Origin: Chloroflexota bacterium | Lineage (GTDB): Bacteria; Chloroflexota; Dormibacteria; Aeolococcales; Aeolococcaceae | Assembly (NCBI GenBank): GCA_005880985.1 | Contig: VBIQ01000024.1 | Location: forward strand, 6,429-70,428 | Length of the DNA stretch: 64,000 bases | Reading direction: 5' to 3' | Shown: piece by piece, positions 48,574 to 58,701 of the stretch | Layout of the letters: each line of letters starts with the position of its first letter | Numbering within the stretch: position 1 is the first letter of the stretch | The notes under the pieces: model-generated | Seen by the model: the letters and a program-made list of their open reading frames with translations, nothing else | Database searches by the model: none | What the model was told of the DNA's origin: nothing | Position numbers and translations under genes: made by a program

Positions 48574-50189
48574 TAGCCGCTAGACCACTGGCCGCCGGAC
48601 CACTGGCCGCCGGACCACTGGCCGCCGGACCATTGGCCGCCGGACCACTGACCGCCGGACCACTGACCGCCGGACCACTGGCCGCCGGACCACTGGCCGC
48701 CGGACCACTGGCCACCCGACCACTGGCCACCCGACCACTGGCCGCCGGACCACTGTCCACCCGACCACGTCGTCGTGCCGGCCCAGCTGGTGCCACACCA
48801 GCACGCCCCGGCCCAGGTGGCGCCGTTCCAGCTGCCCGCGGTCCACGCCGACCCGCCCGCCGCGGCCTTGGCCCAGGTGGCGCCGACCCACGGCTTGCCC
48901 ATGATGTCCTGCTCGCCGGTCAGCGCCACGCCGTTGGCGGTGACATAGCTGCCGCCACGGGCCTGGTCGAGCGAACCGGTGCCGGTCGCTTTGGCCCATC
49001 CCTGCGTCGATCCCCACGGAACCCAGGCGGTGGCCGCCGCTCCGACGTTGATGAATCCGGAGCCTTCGGCGCTGCCGTCCAGCAGGGCCAGGGATGCGGA
49101 GGTGGACCTCAGCAGAGCCTTGACCTGGTCGGGGGTGAGGCTGGGACGCGCCTGGAGAACCAGTGCGACCGCCCCGGACACCACCGCCGCGGCCTGCGAG
49201 GTGCCGGAACCGCGGAAGAAGCGGGTGTCGACGACCGCGCCGGGGTGGGCGAGGTCGATGGCGGAGCTGGGATCGCGCAGGCTCGCGATGGAGACGCCGG
49301 GGCTGACCACGTCGACCGACCTGCTCCAGCTGCGACTGGAGAAAGGAGCGACGGTGGTGCAGCCGAGAAGGTTGGTTGCATGGAGGTCGGCGGCTCCGAC
49401 CGAGAGCACGTAGGGGTCGACGCCGGGATCGCGAAGCGACCCGAACGAGGTGCCGTCGTTGCCGCCCGACACCACGGTGACGATGCCGTGCCGCCACGCG
49501 TTCTCCACCGCGAAGGCGATGGGGTCCACCTGGTAGCTCTGCAGGCTCCTGGTGCCGAACGAGAGGTTGAGGACCCGGATGTTCATGCCCGGGTCGTTGC
49601 GGTGCTGGACGACCCAGTCGATGGCGGCCAGCATCTGCGATACGTCATCGAGGCCGGCGTAGGTGGCCACCTTGAGGACGACGAGATGAGCGCCGGGGGC
49701 GACGCCCTGGAAGCTGCCTCCCGGGCCGTCGTTGCCGGCGATGATGCCGGCCATGTGGGTCCCGTGTCCGTAGGTGTCGAGGTACCGGGTGCCGGCACTC
49801 TGCGACTCGAACGAGAGGTCGGGCCCGTTGATCACCTTGCCCGAGCCGTTGAGGCCCTGGACCGGCACCACGCCGGAGTCGATCACGGCGACCCCGATGC
49901 CCGATCCGTCGATCCCGCTCGCATGGAGTTGAGTGGCGCCGATCGCCTGCTCAACCTGTGTCAGCGTGGTCGGCGGGGTCGTCGCCCCATCGTCCCACCC
50001 GGCGGAGACGACGTTGCCGAGGGTATTGGTGACGGGGCAGAGAAGGCCACCGAGCAGACCGGCTGACGCCGGACGGTCGAAGACCGCCGCCGCGGTGAGC
50101 ATCGACAGCGCCACCAGCGCGGAGAGAGCCGCTCGAGCCCGCGTGCGGCGTCGGTCGGCGTGGACGTGGTCTTGGTGGCCAGGACTCAT
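48573..50189 (-). CDS. secreted S8 (subtilisin) serine peptidase with C-terminal WSGGQ repeats
   Basis: Triad AVIDSG / YGHGTHMAG / GTSQAA; Arg-rich N-terminus + signal peptide. Confidence 0.92.
   Translation of the reverse strand: MSPGHQDHVHADRRRTRARAALSALVALSMLTAAAVFDRPASAGLLGGLLCPVTNTLGNVVSAGWDDGATTPPTTLTQVEQAIGATQLHASGIDGSGIGVAVIDSGVVPVQGLNGSGKVINGPDLSFESQSAGTRYLDTYGHGTHMAGIIAGNDGPGGSFQGVAPGAHLVVLKVATYAGLDDVSQMLAAIDWVVQHRNDPGMNIRVLNLSFGTRSLQSYQVDPIAFAVENAWRHGIVTVVSGGNDGTSFGSLRDPGVDPYVLSVGAADLHATNLLGCTTVAPFSSRSWSRSVDVVSPGVSIASLRDPSSAIDLAHPGAVVDTRFFRGSGTSQAAAVVSGAVALVLQARPSLTPDQVKALLRSTSASLALLDGSAEGSGFINVGAAATAWVPWGSTQGWAKATGTGSLDQARGGSYVTANGVALTGEQDIMGKPWVGATWAKAAAGGSAWTAGSWNGATWAGACWCGTSWAGTTTWSGGQWSGGQWSGGQWSGGQWSGGQWSGGQWSGGQWSGGQWSGGQWSGGQWSGGQWSGGQWSSG
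48586..48765 (-). repeat. 12 x 15-bp tandem repeat encoding WSGGQ
   Basis: cactggccgccggac units on the + strand. Confidence 0.97.
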
Positions 50190-50420
50190 GACTGCCCTCT
50201 CCCGTGTCATCGGATGACCCGCCGTTGCGGGGTTGTCCCACCCACCGATGCGGTTATGCCTGGGCCCATGGAGAACAAGGGTTAAGCCGATGCAACGGTG
50301 GGGTGACGCCACCGGCCTGTTACCGCATCTGCGCCCGAACGGTTGCGAGGCCGCCTGGGAGAGCGTCACCTGACGGTGCGGAGATTGATCACCCTGCTGT
50401 CACGCGACGCCCGCTACCGT

Positions 50421-52190
50421 GTGCGGGTGCAGCCCCCCAGGCGCCGCCTGGCGCCTCTCGTCGCCGCCCTCATCGGCCTTTCCGCGGCCGTCGGCGCTGC
50501 GCGCCCGCTGGCCGTCCGCGCCTCGACGCCCCTGCCGGCGGCGCCGGGATGTCCGATGTTCCCGGCCGACAACGTCTGGAACACCGACATCTCGAATCTC
50601 CCCGTGCATCCGCAGAGCGGGGCGTGGATCGGCAGCAGCGGCGGCTCCCAGCAGCGGCTGCACCCCGACTTCGGTCCGTCGGGAGGCTCGATGCCGTACG
50701 GGATCCCCTTCCAGGTGGTTCCCGACAGTCATCAGAAGGTCGCGGTGAGCTTCACCTACGCCGGTGAGAGCGATCCCGGACCGTATCCGCTGGGGCCGGA
50801 CACGCCGATCGAGGGCGGAGCCTCGAGCACCGGGGATCGCCACGCGCTGGTGGTGGACCGCGACACATGCAAGCTCTATGAGACCTTCGACACCCACTAT
50901 TCGCCGTCGGGATCGACGGCCGGATCGGGCGCGATCTTCGACCTCCAATCCAGCCAGCTGCGCCCGAGTGGCTGGACCAGCGCGGACGCCGCCGGACTGC
51001 CGATGCTCCCTGGGCTGCTGCGGCGCGACGAGGTGCTCTCCGGATCGGTCACCCACGCGATCCGGATGACGGTGCAGCGCACCGATCGCAGCTTCCTCTG
51101 GCCGGCTCGCCACCAGGCCGGCGCCGCCAGCGATCCGTCCCTGCCACCGATGGGGGCGCGCTTCCGCATGGGTGCCGGCGTCGACATCTCCGGGTTCAGC
51201 CCGCAGGCGCAGGTGATCCTCACCGCGATGAAGCACTACGGTCTGATCGTCGCCGACAACGGCAGCAACTGGTACTTCGGCGGCGCCGCCGAGGAGGGCT
51301 GGGACACCGCCGTTCTCGACGAGCTCAAGACGATTCCGGCGGGCGACTTCGACGCCGTGGACGAGTCGTCGCTGATGATCGACGCAAACTCGGCGCAGGC
51401 ACGCCAGCCGGGCCCGCCTCCTCCGCCCCCACCCTCTGGGAGTCGCGGCTACTGGCTGGTCGCGGGTGACGGCGGGGTGTTCACCTTCGGCAGCGCGCCC
51501 TTCTACGGAAGCATGGGGGGAACGCCGTTGAACCGTCCCGTCGTCGGCATCGCCCGGACCGCAGACGGTGGCGGCTACTGGGAGGTGGCTTCCGACGGTG
51601 GCATCTTCAGCTTCGGTGACGCCGGCTTCTACGGCAGCGAGGGCGCGCGGCCGCTCAACCGACCGATCGTCGGCATGGCGGCGACTCCATCGGGTCGGGG
51701 CTACTGGCTGGTCGCCAGCGATGGCGGCATCTTCAGCTTCGGTGACGCCGGCTTCTACGGCAGCGAAGGCGCGCGGCCGCTCAACAAGCCGATCGCCGGT
51801 ATGGCGGCGACGCCGTCGGGTCGCGGTTACTGGCTGGTCGCCAGTGACGGCGGCATCTTCGCCTTCGGCGACGCCGGCTTCTACGGCAGCGAGGGGGCAC
51901 GGCCGCTCAACCGCCCGATCGTCGGTGTCTCGGCCAGCTCATCGGGAGGCGGGTACTGGCTGGCGGCGGCCGACGGCGGAGTCTTCGCGCACGGCGACGC
52001 TCCCTTCCGGGGCAGCGCCGGATCGCTGCCGCTGGTGTCGCCGGTGGTCGCCGTCGCCGGGTCACCGCTCGGTGGCTACTGGCTCGCCGCCGGCGACGGC
52101 GGCATGTTCAGCTACGGCGTTCCCTTCCTCGGCAGCATGGGCGGGCACCCGCTGAACCGGCCGATCGTCGCCATGACCGCCATCGGCTGA
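50421..52190 (+). CDS. secreted protein with six C-terminal YWLVASDGGIFSFG repeats
   Basis: Signal peptide, FPADNVWN domain, Pro linker, six ~42-aa repeats; start uncertain. Confidence 0.82.
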   Translation: MRVQPPRRRLAPLVAALIGLSAAVGAARPLAVRASTPLPAAPGCPMFPADNVWNTDISNLPVHPQSGAWIGSSGGSQQRLHPDFGPSGGSMPYGIPFQVVPDSHQKVAVSFTYAGESDPGPYPLGPDTPIEGGASSTGDRHALVVDRDTCKLYETFDTHYSPSGSTAGSGAIFDLQSSQLRPSGWTSADAAGLPMLPGLLRRDEVLSGSVTHAIRMTVQRTDRSFLWPARHQAGAASDPSLPPMGARFRMGAGVDISGFSPQAQVILTAMKHYGLIVADNGSNWYFGGAAEEGWDTAVLDELKTIPAGDFDAVDESSLMIDANSAQARQPGPPPPPPPSGSRGYWLVAGDGGVFTFGSAPFYGSMGGTPLNRPVVGIARTADGGGYWEVASDGGIFSFGDAGFYGSEGARPLNRPIVGMAATPSGRGYWLVASDGGIFSFGDAGFYGSEGARPLNKPIAGMAATPSGRGYWLVASDGGIFAFGDAGFYGSEGARPLNRPIVGVSASSSGGGYWLAAADGGVFAHGDAPFRGSAGSLPLVSPVVAVAGSPLGGYWLAAGDGGMFSYGVPFLGSMGGHPLNRPIVAMTAIG

Positions 52191-52217
52191 GCGGCCGCCG
52201 GCAGCCGCACCCGCGGC

Positions 52218-52979
52218 TCAGCCGAACTGGGTGCGCGGGCGCTCGTACCTCTCGCCGTCGATGTACATGTCGACCTTCTCGTTGTAGAAGCACGCGAGCC
52301 CGGCGATCTTCTGACTCTCCGGAAGTGGGGCTCGATAGGTCCAGACGATGTCCTGGTGGACACCCACGCCGGTGTCGACGGTCCAGTAGCTCGCGGTGCC
52401 CTTGTACGGGCAGTGGCTGGTCGTCGCCGAGGGGCGCAGGAGGTCCATCCGCAGGTGGGCGAGCGGAAGGTAGTACCGGGGCGGCAGGCCGGTCTCGAAG
52501 AGGACGGTCGGGCGGTGAGACTCGGCAACCGTGACGCCGTCGATGTCGACGCGCACGTGCCGCGAGCTGGTGAGGATGTCGACCCGCGTGTAGGGGTCGC
52601 GAGGATGCGTGTAGACGGGTTCGTCCTCCTCCAGCCACTCGGTCATCGCGCCCCAATCCAGCCGCACCAGTGGGCGGATCGGTGCCAGCGGCGAGTCGGG
52701 GAAGCGCTGGGCGGCGCCGGGGGCGGTTGCCGAGCCGACCCTCACGTCCAGGATCTGCCCGTCGCCGCGACTGGGTGAGTGCTCGACCCTCCCGGTGGCG
52801 AGCAGCTCGGCGCGGACGTCGTCGGCGGGGAAGTAGTAGGTGGGGTAGTAGGGCTTCTCCCACACCAACACCGGGTGGATCGAGTCGACCACCAGCTGGC
52901 CGGAGAGATAGGCACGAACCCGCTTCTGGCTCGGCTCGGTGCGCACCCGTCCGCGCGAGGTTTCGGTCATGGTGGTCAT
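52218..52979 (-). CDS. tandem DUF427-domain protein
   Basis: PTYYFP, HPRDPYTRVD, LFETGLPPRYY, CPYKGTASYW. Confidence 0.9.
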   Translation of the reverse strand: MTTMTETSRGRVRTEPSQKRVRAYLSGQLVVDSIHPVLVWEKPYYPTYYFPADDVRAELLATGRVEHSPSRGDGQILDVRVGSATAPGAAQRFPDSPLAPIRPLVRLDWGAMTEWLEEDEPVYTHPRDPYTRVDILTSSRHVRVDIDGVTVAESHRPTVLFETGLPPRYYLPLAHLRMDLLRPSATTSHCPYKGTASYWTVDTGVGVHQDIVWTYRAPLPESQKIAGLACFYNEKVDMYIDGERYERPRTQFG

Positions 52980-53200
52980 GGGGATCTCCGGTCGAGCGGG
53001 CTCGCGGTGCTCAGGGGCAACGATCCCGACCACACTACGCTAGCGGGTGGTGAGCTCACCCCCGGAGGGTGCTGGCTGTGCGCAGGATGCCGGGCCGGAT
53101 GTGCAGCGCTACGCCACCGCGGTGATCTACTGCCGCGCGGTCTCGGTGGCCTTCGGTGCCGCCCCGCTCACGCCGAGCTGATCGGCGTCTCTGCGATACG

Positions 53201-53232
53201 AAAAGGGCCGGCACCCATCGATGCCGGCCCTT
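53201..53232 (-). terminator. rho-independent terminator of the 53256-53933 gene
   Basis: AAGGGCCGGCA/TGCCGGCCCTT stem followed by a T-run on the minus strand. Confidence 0.8.
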
Positions 53233-53255
53233 CGAGCCTCAGCTCTCGGTGAGGA

Positions 53256-53933
53256 TCACTGGCTGCCGATGCCGATGAACCCGTTGATGGCGGCGCTGGT
53301 CACGCCAGCACCGCTGCAGGCGGTGGCATCGGGTGGCTGGAAGGTGAGCTCGCCCAGGGCGGAGTCGCCGGCGAACCGCGTGGTGCTCACCGTGTGAGTC
53401 GATGCCGGCGGTGCCTGGGTGGGACCGGTGTAGCTGACCAGGGTGCTGGTGATGCCGGTGCCGACGGTCCCCGTCAGGTGGACGAGCGCCAGCGCTCCGG
53501 TGGTGGTGTAGTCGACCGCGGTGGTGGTTCCGTCCGCCCAGGTGGTCAGCGCCGTTCCGCTGGTGGTGCTGCTGGCACAGCTCCCGTTGCCGGCGGGAAT
53601 CGGCTCCTGATAGGTGGCGTTGGCGGTGCCGGAATGGACCCCGGTGGAGTCGGTGTAGGTCCAGTTGTAGGCGACGACCACCGTCTTGCCCGCCTCGACC
53701 GTGCCCGAGGTGGGGGCGCCCGCGATGTTGGACTGACAGCTGCTGAGGTTTCCAGAGAAGTTGTATGTGAAGTTCGCGGCCGTGTTGGTCAGCCCGGGCG
53801 TGATGTTCGCCGTGCCGGCCAGCTGACAGCCGCCGCCGCCGGGTGCCGCAACCGCGGCACTCGGTCCGCCCACCAGCAGGCTGACAAGCCCGCCGGCGCC
53901 CACCAGCACTATCCCGAAACGCCGATAGACCAT
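53256..53933 (-). CDS. secreted Thr/Gly-rich hypothetical protein
   Basis: GGAGG RBS, signal peptide, four Cys, beta-rich composition, downstream terminator. Confidence 0.8.
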   Translation of the reverse strand: MVYRRFGIVLVGAGGLVSLLVGGPSAAVAAPGGGGCQLAGTANITPGLTNTAANFTYNFSGNLSSCQSNIAGAPTSGTVEAGKTVVVAYNWTYTDSTGVHSGTANATYQEPIPAGNGSCASSTTSGTALTTWADGTTTAVDYTTTGALALVHLTGTVGTGITSTLVSYTGPTQAPPASTHTVSTTRFAGDSALGELTFQPPDATACSGAGVTSAAINGFIGIGSQ

Positions 53934-54169
53934 GCTCGCTCCTCCCTTCCTGGACCGCAGCCGCTCCTGCGGGTGTGGCGGCAGACTGTAGCGTGATAGC
54001 CGCACTACCCGCTCTCCCATCATCCGATGACAACGCAGTGACAGTGCGGCTCTTGCGGGTTTCCTGAGCGTTTCTTTGGGTCATTAGATTCAATTGCTAC
54101 GATTGCCGCGACCATGTCGCCGGGCTCGAACGGAGGGCGGCAGGCGATTGCGCATGCTTTGCCCTCGTT

Positions 54170-55258
54170 GTGCGCGTCACCCTGCTCGCCCCGCTGATCG
54201 CCCCGCTGCGGAGCAGCCAGGCTGGTGGTGCCGAGGCGGTGCTCTGCGATCTGGCGCGGGGCCTCCACCGGGCCGGTGAGGCGGTCGAGCTCGTCGCCCC
54301 CCGCGGCTCGCGGGTCCCCGGAGTCCCGCTCCGTCTTGGTCCCACCGCGGCCATCCCGGAGGCGAGGCACCGGTTCGACGCCCCGCCCCGCCTCGCCCCC
54401 GGGGCCCCGTGGCCGCCGCCCCTGGCGCCCGCCTACCTGCGACTGGCGGCGGAGCTGGCGGCGGACCGCGACCAGGTGATCCACAGCCACGCGCTCGACT
54501 GGCCCGCCTTCTACGCCACCGCCGCCACCGGCCTCCGCTGCCTGCACACCCTGCACCTGGGCCCGGTGGACCCGGCCACGGTGGCCGCCGCCCAGGCGGC
54601 GGCGGCGTGCCGCCCGCGACCGCGCTTCGCCGCGGTGAGCCGCTCCTGCGCGGCGCAGTGGCGCCCGCTGATCCCGGTCGACGCCGTGGTCCCCAATGGG
54701 GTCGATCCCGGCGCGATCCGCTTCGTCCCCCGCGCGTCCGCGGATGACCTGGCGGTGGTCGCCGGCAGGATCTCTCCGGAGAAGGGGACCCACCTCGCCC
54801 TTGCCGCCTGCCGGCGGGCGGGGATGCGGGTGCTGATGGCCGGCGAGGTCTACGACCGCCACTACTTCGACGAGCGGATCGCTCCCCGGCTCGACGACGA
54901 TGCCGTGCGATGGCTCGGCGCGGTGTCACGCCGGGGGCTGGGCGCGCTGCTGGGGCGGGCCGCGGTCGCTGTGGTCGCGTCGGTGTGGGAGGAGCCGTTC
55001 GGGATGGTCGCCCTCGAGGCCAACCTCGCCGGCACGCCCGTCGCCGGCTTTCGGCGCGGCGCGCTGCCCGAGGTGGTCGGCCGCAGCGGCGGGGTGCTCG
55101 CCGATGAGGTCGGCGTTGCCGCCCTCGCCGCCGCCATCACGGCCGCGCGGCGCTGCGACCGCGCGCGGGCGCGGCGGGCGGCCGAGACCCGTTTCCCCCT
55201 CGAGGCGATGGTCAACGCCTACCGCCGGCTCTACCGCCGGCTGGGGCAGGACGGGTGA
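54170..55258 (+). CDS. glycosyltransferase family 4
   Basis: GGAE, VVPNGVD, GRISPEKG, EEPFGMVALEA..GTPV. Confidence 0.9.
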   Translation: MRVTLLAPLIAPLRSSQAGGAEAVLCDLARGLHRAGEAVELVAPRGSRVPGVPLRLGPTAAIPEARHRFDAPPRLAPGAPWPPPLAPAYLRLAAELAADRDQVIHSHALDWPAFYATAATGLRCLHTLHLGPVDPATVAAAQAAAACRPRPRFAAVSRSCAAQWRPLIPVDAVVPNGVDPGAIRFVPRASADDLAVVAGRISPEKGTHLALAACRRAGMRVLMAGEVYDRHYFDERIAPRLDDDAVRWLGAVSRRGLGALLGRAAVAVVASVWEEPFGMVALEANLAGTPVAGFRRGALPEVVGRSGGVLADEVGVAALAAAITAARRCDRARARRAAETRFPLEAMVNAYRRLYRRLGQDG

Positions 55259-55950
55259 GCGATTCGGTTGCGGTCGTCACCGGTGCCGGACGGGGCATCG
55301 GTCGTGCCGTGGCGCTGCGCCTCGCCGCCGACGGGCACGCGGTCGTCGCCGCATCGCGCACCGCCGGCGACCTGGAGACGCTGGCGGCGGTGGCGAAGGA
55401 CGCGATCACGCCGCTCACCGCCGATGTGGCCGACGGCGACACGGCGCGGCGACTGCTCGCGACCGCGACCGCACGTGGGGCGCTGACCATCTGGGTGAAC
55501 AACGCTGCGGTGGTCGAGCCGCGCCCCTTCGCCGAGCTCGATCCGCAGAGCTGGGATGCGGTGCTCGACACCAACCTGCGTGGCGTCTATCTGGGGTGCC
55601 ACGCCGCCTTCAGGGCGATGAGCGAGCGTGGCGGCGGAGTCATCGTCAACATCGCCTCCCTCTCCGGGGTTGCCAACGTCGAGAAGTTCCCCGGGCTGAC
55701 CGCCTACAACGTGTCCAAGGCGGGGGTGATCGCCCTCACCGAGGCGGTTGCCCTCGAGGGCCGCGCCACCGGCGTGCGCTGCGTCTGTCTCAGCCCGGGA
55801 GCGGTTGACACCGAGATGCTGCGCCGTGCCGCTCCCCACCTGCGGCCCACCGTCACCCCCGAGGACGTCGCCGAGCTGGTCGCCTTCCTCGTCAGTCCCG
55901 CGGCGGCGCCGCTGAGCGGGGTCAACATCCCCATCTTCAGCAACGCCTGA
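55255..55950 (+). CDS. SDR family oxidoreductase
   Basis: [18 protein letters not shown]. Confidence 0.92.
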   Translation: MSDSVAVVTGAGRGIGRAVALRLAADGHAVVAASRTAGDLETLAAVAKDAITPLTADVADGDTARRLLATATARGALTIWVNNAAVVEPRPFAELDPQSWDAVLDTNLRGVYLGCHAAFRAMSERGGGVIVNIASLSGVANVEKFPGLTAYNVSKAGVIALTEAVALEGRATGVRCVCLSPGAVDTEMLRRAAPHLRPTVTPEDVAELVAFLVSPAAAPLSGVNIPIFSNA

Positions 55951-55985
55951 GCCGGACGCTCCCAAGTGGCATAGTTGTCATCGCC

Positions 55986-56588
55986 ATGGCCCATCCCGCC
56001 CCCCTGTTCGAGCCGGACGCCCGCATCCCCGACGAGCTGAGCGCACACATCGATGCGGTGCTCCGGCTGCTCGGCGAGGATCCCGCCCGCGAGGGCCTGC
56101 TGCGAACCCCGCGGCGGGTGGCCGACACCCTGCGCTTCCTCTGCAGCGGATACGATCAGGACCTCGCCGACGTGGTCAACGGCGCCGTCTTCGCCGAGGA
56201 CTACGAAGAGATGGTGGTGGTGCGCGACATCGAGCTCTACAGCATCTGCGAGCACCATCTGCTTCCCTTCTACGGCAAGGCGCACGTCGCCTATCTCCCT
56301 CGGGGGCGCATCGTCGGACTCAGCAAGCTCCCCCGCATCGTCGACGTCTTCGCCCGCCGCCTGCAGGTGCAGGAACGTCTCACCACCCAGATCGCCGAGG
56401 CCCTTGACAGCGCCCTCGCCCCGCACGGCGTTGCGGTGGTCATCGAGGCGGCGCACCTCTGCATGATGATGCGAGGCGTGCAGAAGCAGAACAGCCAGAC
56501 GGTGACCTCCTGCATGCTCGGCTCCTTCCGCGAGGACGAGAAGTCGCGCACCGAGTTCCTCGAACTCATCCACGCCCACTCGAGCTGA
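55986..56588 (+). CDS. folE: GTP cyclohydrolase I
   Basis: [44 protein letters not shown]. Confidence 0.97.
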   Translation: MAHPAPLFEPDARIPDELSAHIDAVLRLLGEDPAREGLLRTPRRVADTLRFLCSGYDQDLADVVNGAVFAEDYEEMVVVRDIELYSICEHHLLPFYGKAHVAYLPRGRIVGLSKLPRIVDVFARRLQVQERLTTQIAEALDSALAPHGVAVVIEAAHLCMMMRGVQKQNSQTVTSCMLGSFREDEKSRTEFLELIHAHSS

Positions 56589-56604
56589 TCGAGAGCACGC
56601 ACCG

Positions 56605-57549
56605 ATGAGCGCCGCCGGCTGGGTGGGCGGGGCGCTGCTGGCGGCGACGCCGATGCCCCGACCGGTCCGCTACCGACTGCGCCTGCGGCATGCCGACGCC
56701 GCCCGGAGTGCCGACGCGATCGCCGGCGCCGCGCTGCCGGTAGTGCTCACCACGGTGGTGCTCACCGCGGTGCTGGCGGCGGTGCCGGTGGTCGCAGCGG
56801 GTCTCCGGCCGCTGTGGGCCGGGGTCGCGATCGGCCTGCTCACCGGCGTCCCCTTCGTGCTCGAGCGGCGGGGACTGCGGCGGCGGCTGCAGGGCATGAC
56901 GCTCCCGCCGGATCCGGTCGACCAGCTTCCCGACGACATCGACCTCGACGCGGTCGTGGCGACGGTGAGGTCGGCCGGTGATGCGCCCGACCTCGACGGC
57001 ATGCGCGTTCTCGCCCTCGCCACCGCCTCGGTGGGCGACAGCAGATCGGCGCGCGCCTACGCGCTGCGAACGGCTCAGCTCGATCCCGAGCGGTGGGAGG
57101 TGCTCCTCGAGACCGGCTGGACGCTCTGCCTGCGGGGGCGGTTCGGCGAGGGGGTGAGGCTGCTCGACCGCGCCTCCCAACTGCGCTCCGGTGACCCGCG
57201 CTCGGAGCGTGTCCATGCCGCCGGACTCCTGCTCGCCGGCCGGCTGCGCGACGCTGTGGCCGCGCTCAATCGTGCCGAGGGACGTCCCGGCGAGCGCCCG
57301 CTGGGACTGGCGCGGCGCTCAGCGAACCCCGAGCAGAGCGACGTCCAGCTGCACCAGCAACGCACCCGCACCGCACAGGCCGACTCCGAAGACGAGGTGG
57401 GCCCAGCGGATCGGCGGCCGGTCGCTGCGCCGCCGGATCCGCGAGAGGATGGTGACGCCCACGATGCCGAGCCCACCCGCGAGGAGGATCACCGCGGGGA
57501 CACCGATCAGACTGCGCGCGAGGTCACGCATGGCGGCCCGGAACGGTAG
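56605..57549 (+). CDS. membrane protein with TPR-like repeats
   Basis: Two TM helices then TPR-like helices; last ~75 aa look like an antisense shadow. Confidence 0.6.
   Translation: MSAAGWVGGALLAATPMPRPVRYRLRLRHADAARSADAIAGAALPVVLTTVVLTAVLAAVPVVAAGLRPLWAGVAIGLLTGVPFVLERRGLRRRLQGMTLPPDPVDQLPDDIDLDAVVATVRSAGDAPDLDGMRVLALATASVGDSRSARAYALRTAQLDPERWEVLLETGWTLCLRGRFGEGVRLLDRASQLRSGDPRSERVHAAGLLLAGRLRDAVAALNRAEGRPGERPLGLARRSANPEQSDVQLHQQRTRTAQADSEDEVGPADRRPVAAPPDPREDGDAHDAEPTREEDHRGDTDQTAREVTHGGPER
57319..57531 (-). CDS. small two-TM membrane protein
   Basis: MRDLARSLIGVPAVILLAGGLGIVGVTILSRIRRR...LVFGVGLCGAGALLVQLDVALLGVR; overlaps the TPR ORF tail. Confidence 0.5.
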   Translation of the reverse strand: MRDLARSLIGVPAVILLAGGLGIVGVTILSRIRRRSDRPPIRWAHLVFGVGLCGAGALLVQLDVALLGVR

Positions 57550-57579
57550 CAGGCGGGGTCGCCCGTACCATGGACGCGA

Positions 57580-58701
57580 ATGGACGGCCGGCCTGCGCTC
57601 AGCACTCTCAGCCCGGACGAGCTGAGCCCGATTCTCGCCGAGCTGGGAGTCCCCCCGTGGCGGGGTCGACAGCTCACCAACGCGCTCTGGCATCCCGGCG
57701 TTGTCGCGCTGCACGAGGTGCTCCAGCTGCCGGCGCGGTTGCGCGCGCGCCTCGACGAGCGGGTTCGGTTCTGCACCGTGGACGAGGCGATCACCACCGA
57801 GGCCGACTCCGGGCTCACCGTCAAGTTGCTCTGCCGTCTGTCCGGTGGCGAGACGGTGGAGACGGTGGCGATGGAATCGCCGGCGCACGGCGGCCGCCGG
57901 CGGCGGGCGACGGTGTGCGTCAGCAGCCAGGTCGGCTGCGCGGTGGGCTGTCCCTTCTGCGCCACCGGGCGGCTCGGCCTGCGCCGCGACTGCACCGCGG
58001 CAGAGATCGTCGACCAGGTGCGGGTGGCGGGGGCGGCGCTCCACGCCCGCGGCCTCGGCCCGGTGACGCACGTCGTCTACATGGGAATGGGTGAGCCGCT
58101 GGCGAACTACGACGCCACCGTCGCCTCGGTGCGAACCCTGGCCGCGGGGATGGGTATCAGCCCGCGGCGCATCACCGTCTCCACCAGCGGCGTGGTCCCC
58201 GCCATCGAGCGGCTTGCCCGCGAAGGTCTGCCGCTCACCCTGGCGATCTCCCTGCACGCCGTCGACGACCCGCTGCGCGACCGCCTGGTGCCGCTCAACC
58301 GCGCTCACCGCCTGGCCGCGCTGGTGGACGCCGGCGCCGACTACGCGCGGCGCACCGGCCGCCGCCTCACCTTCGAGTGGTGCCTGATCGGCGGGGTGAA
58401 CGACCGCCCCGAGGACGCCGACGGTCTGCGCCTGCTGGCCCGCCGCACCCACGCCCACGTCAACGTGATCCCGATGAACCGTATCGACGGCAGCCCGTGG
58501 GGGCCTCCCGACAGCGCCACCACGGCCGCGTTCCTGCAGCGTTTGCAGGGAGCGCGGACCACCGTGCGCGACACCCGTGGCGGCACCGCCGACGCCGGCT
58601 GCGGCCAGCTCCGTGCCGCCCTGGAGGAGCGTCGCGAGCTGCGCGGCGACGGCAGCCTCGGCCCGCCTCGACGCGGCGCCGCCGCGGGCGCGACCCGGTG
58701 A
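57580..58701 (+). CDS. rlmN: 23S rRNA (adenine2503-C2)-methyltransferase RlmN
   Basis: CVSSQVGCAVGCPFCATG, MGMGEP, ISLHA, AGCGQL. Confidence 0.95.
   Translation: MDGRPALSTLSPDELSPILAELGVPPWRGRQLTNALWHPGVVALHEVLQLPARLRARLDERVRFCTVDEAITTEADSGLTVKLLCRLSGGETVETVAMESPAHGGRRRRATVCVSSQVGCAVGCPFCATGRLGLRRDCTAAEIVDQVRVAGAALHARGLGPVTHVVYMGMGEPLANYDATVASVRTLAAGMGISPRRITVSTSGVVPAIERLAREGLPLTLAISLHAVDDPLRDRLVPLNRAHRLAALVDAGADYARRTGRRLTFEWCLIGGVNDRPEDADGLRLLARRTHAHVNVIPMNRIDGSPWGPPDSATTAAFLQRLQGARTTVRDTRGGTADAGCGQLRAALEERRELRGDGSLGPPRRGAAAGATR

Noticed and set aside
53935-54165. Riboswitch in the intergenic region
   Set aside because: No c-di-GMP, c-di-AMP or other consensus recognised; probably divergent promoters
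58560-58700. FMN riboswitch upstream of ribD
   Set aside because: ribD overlaps the rlmN stop; no leader space and no RFN consensus seen
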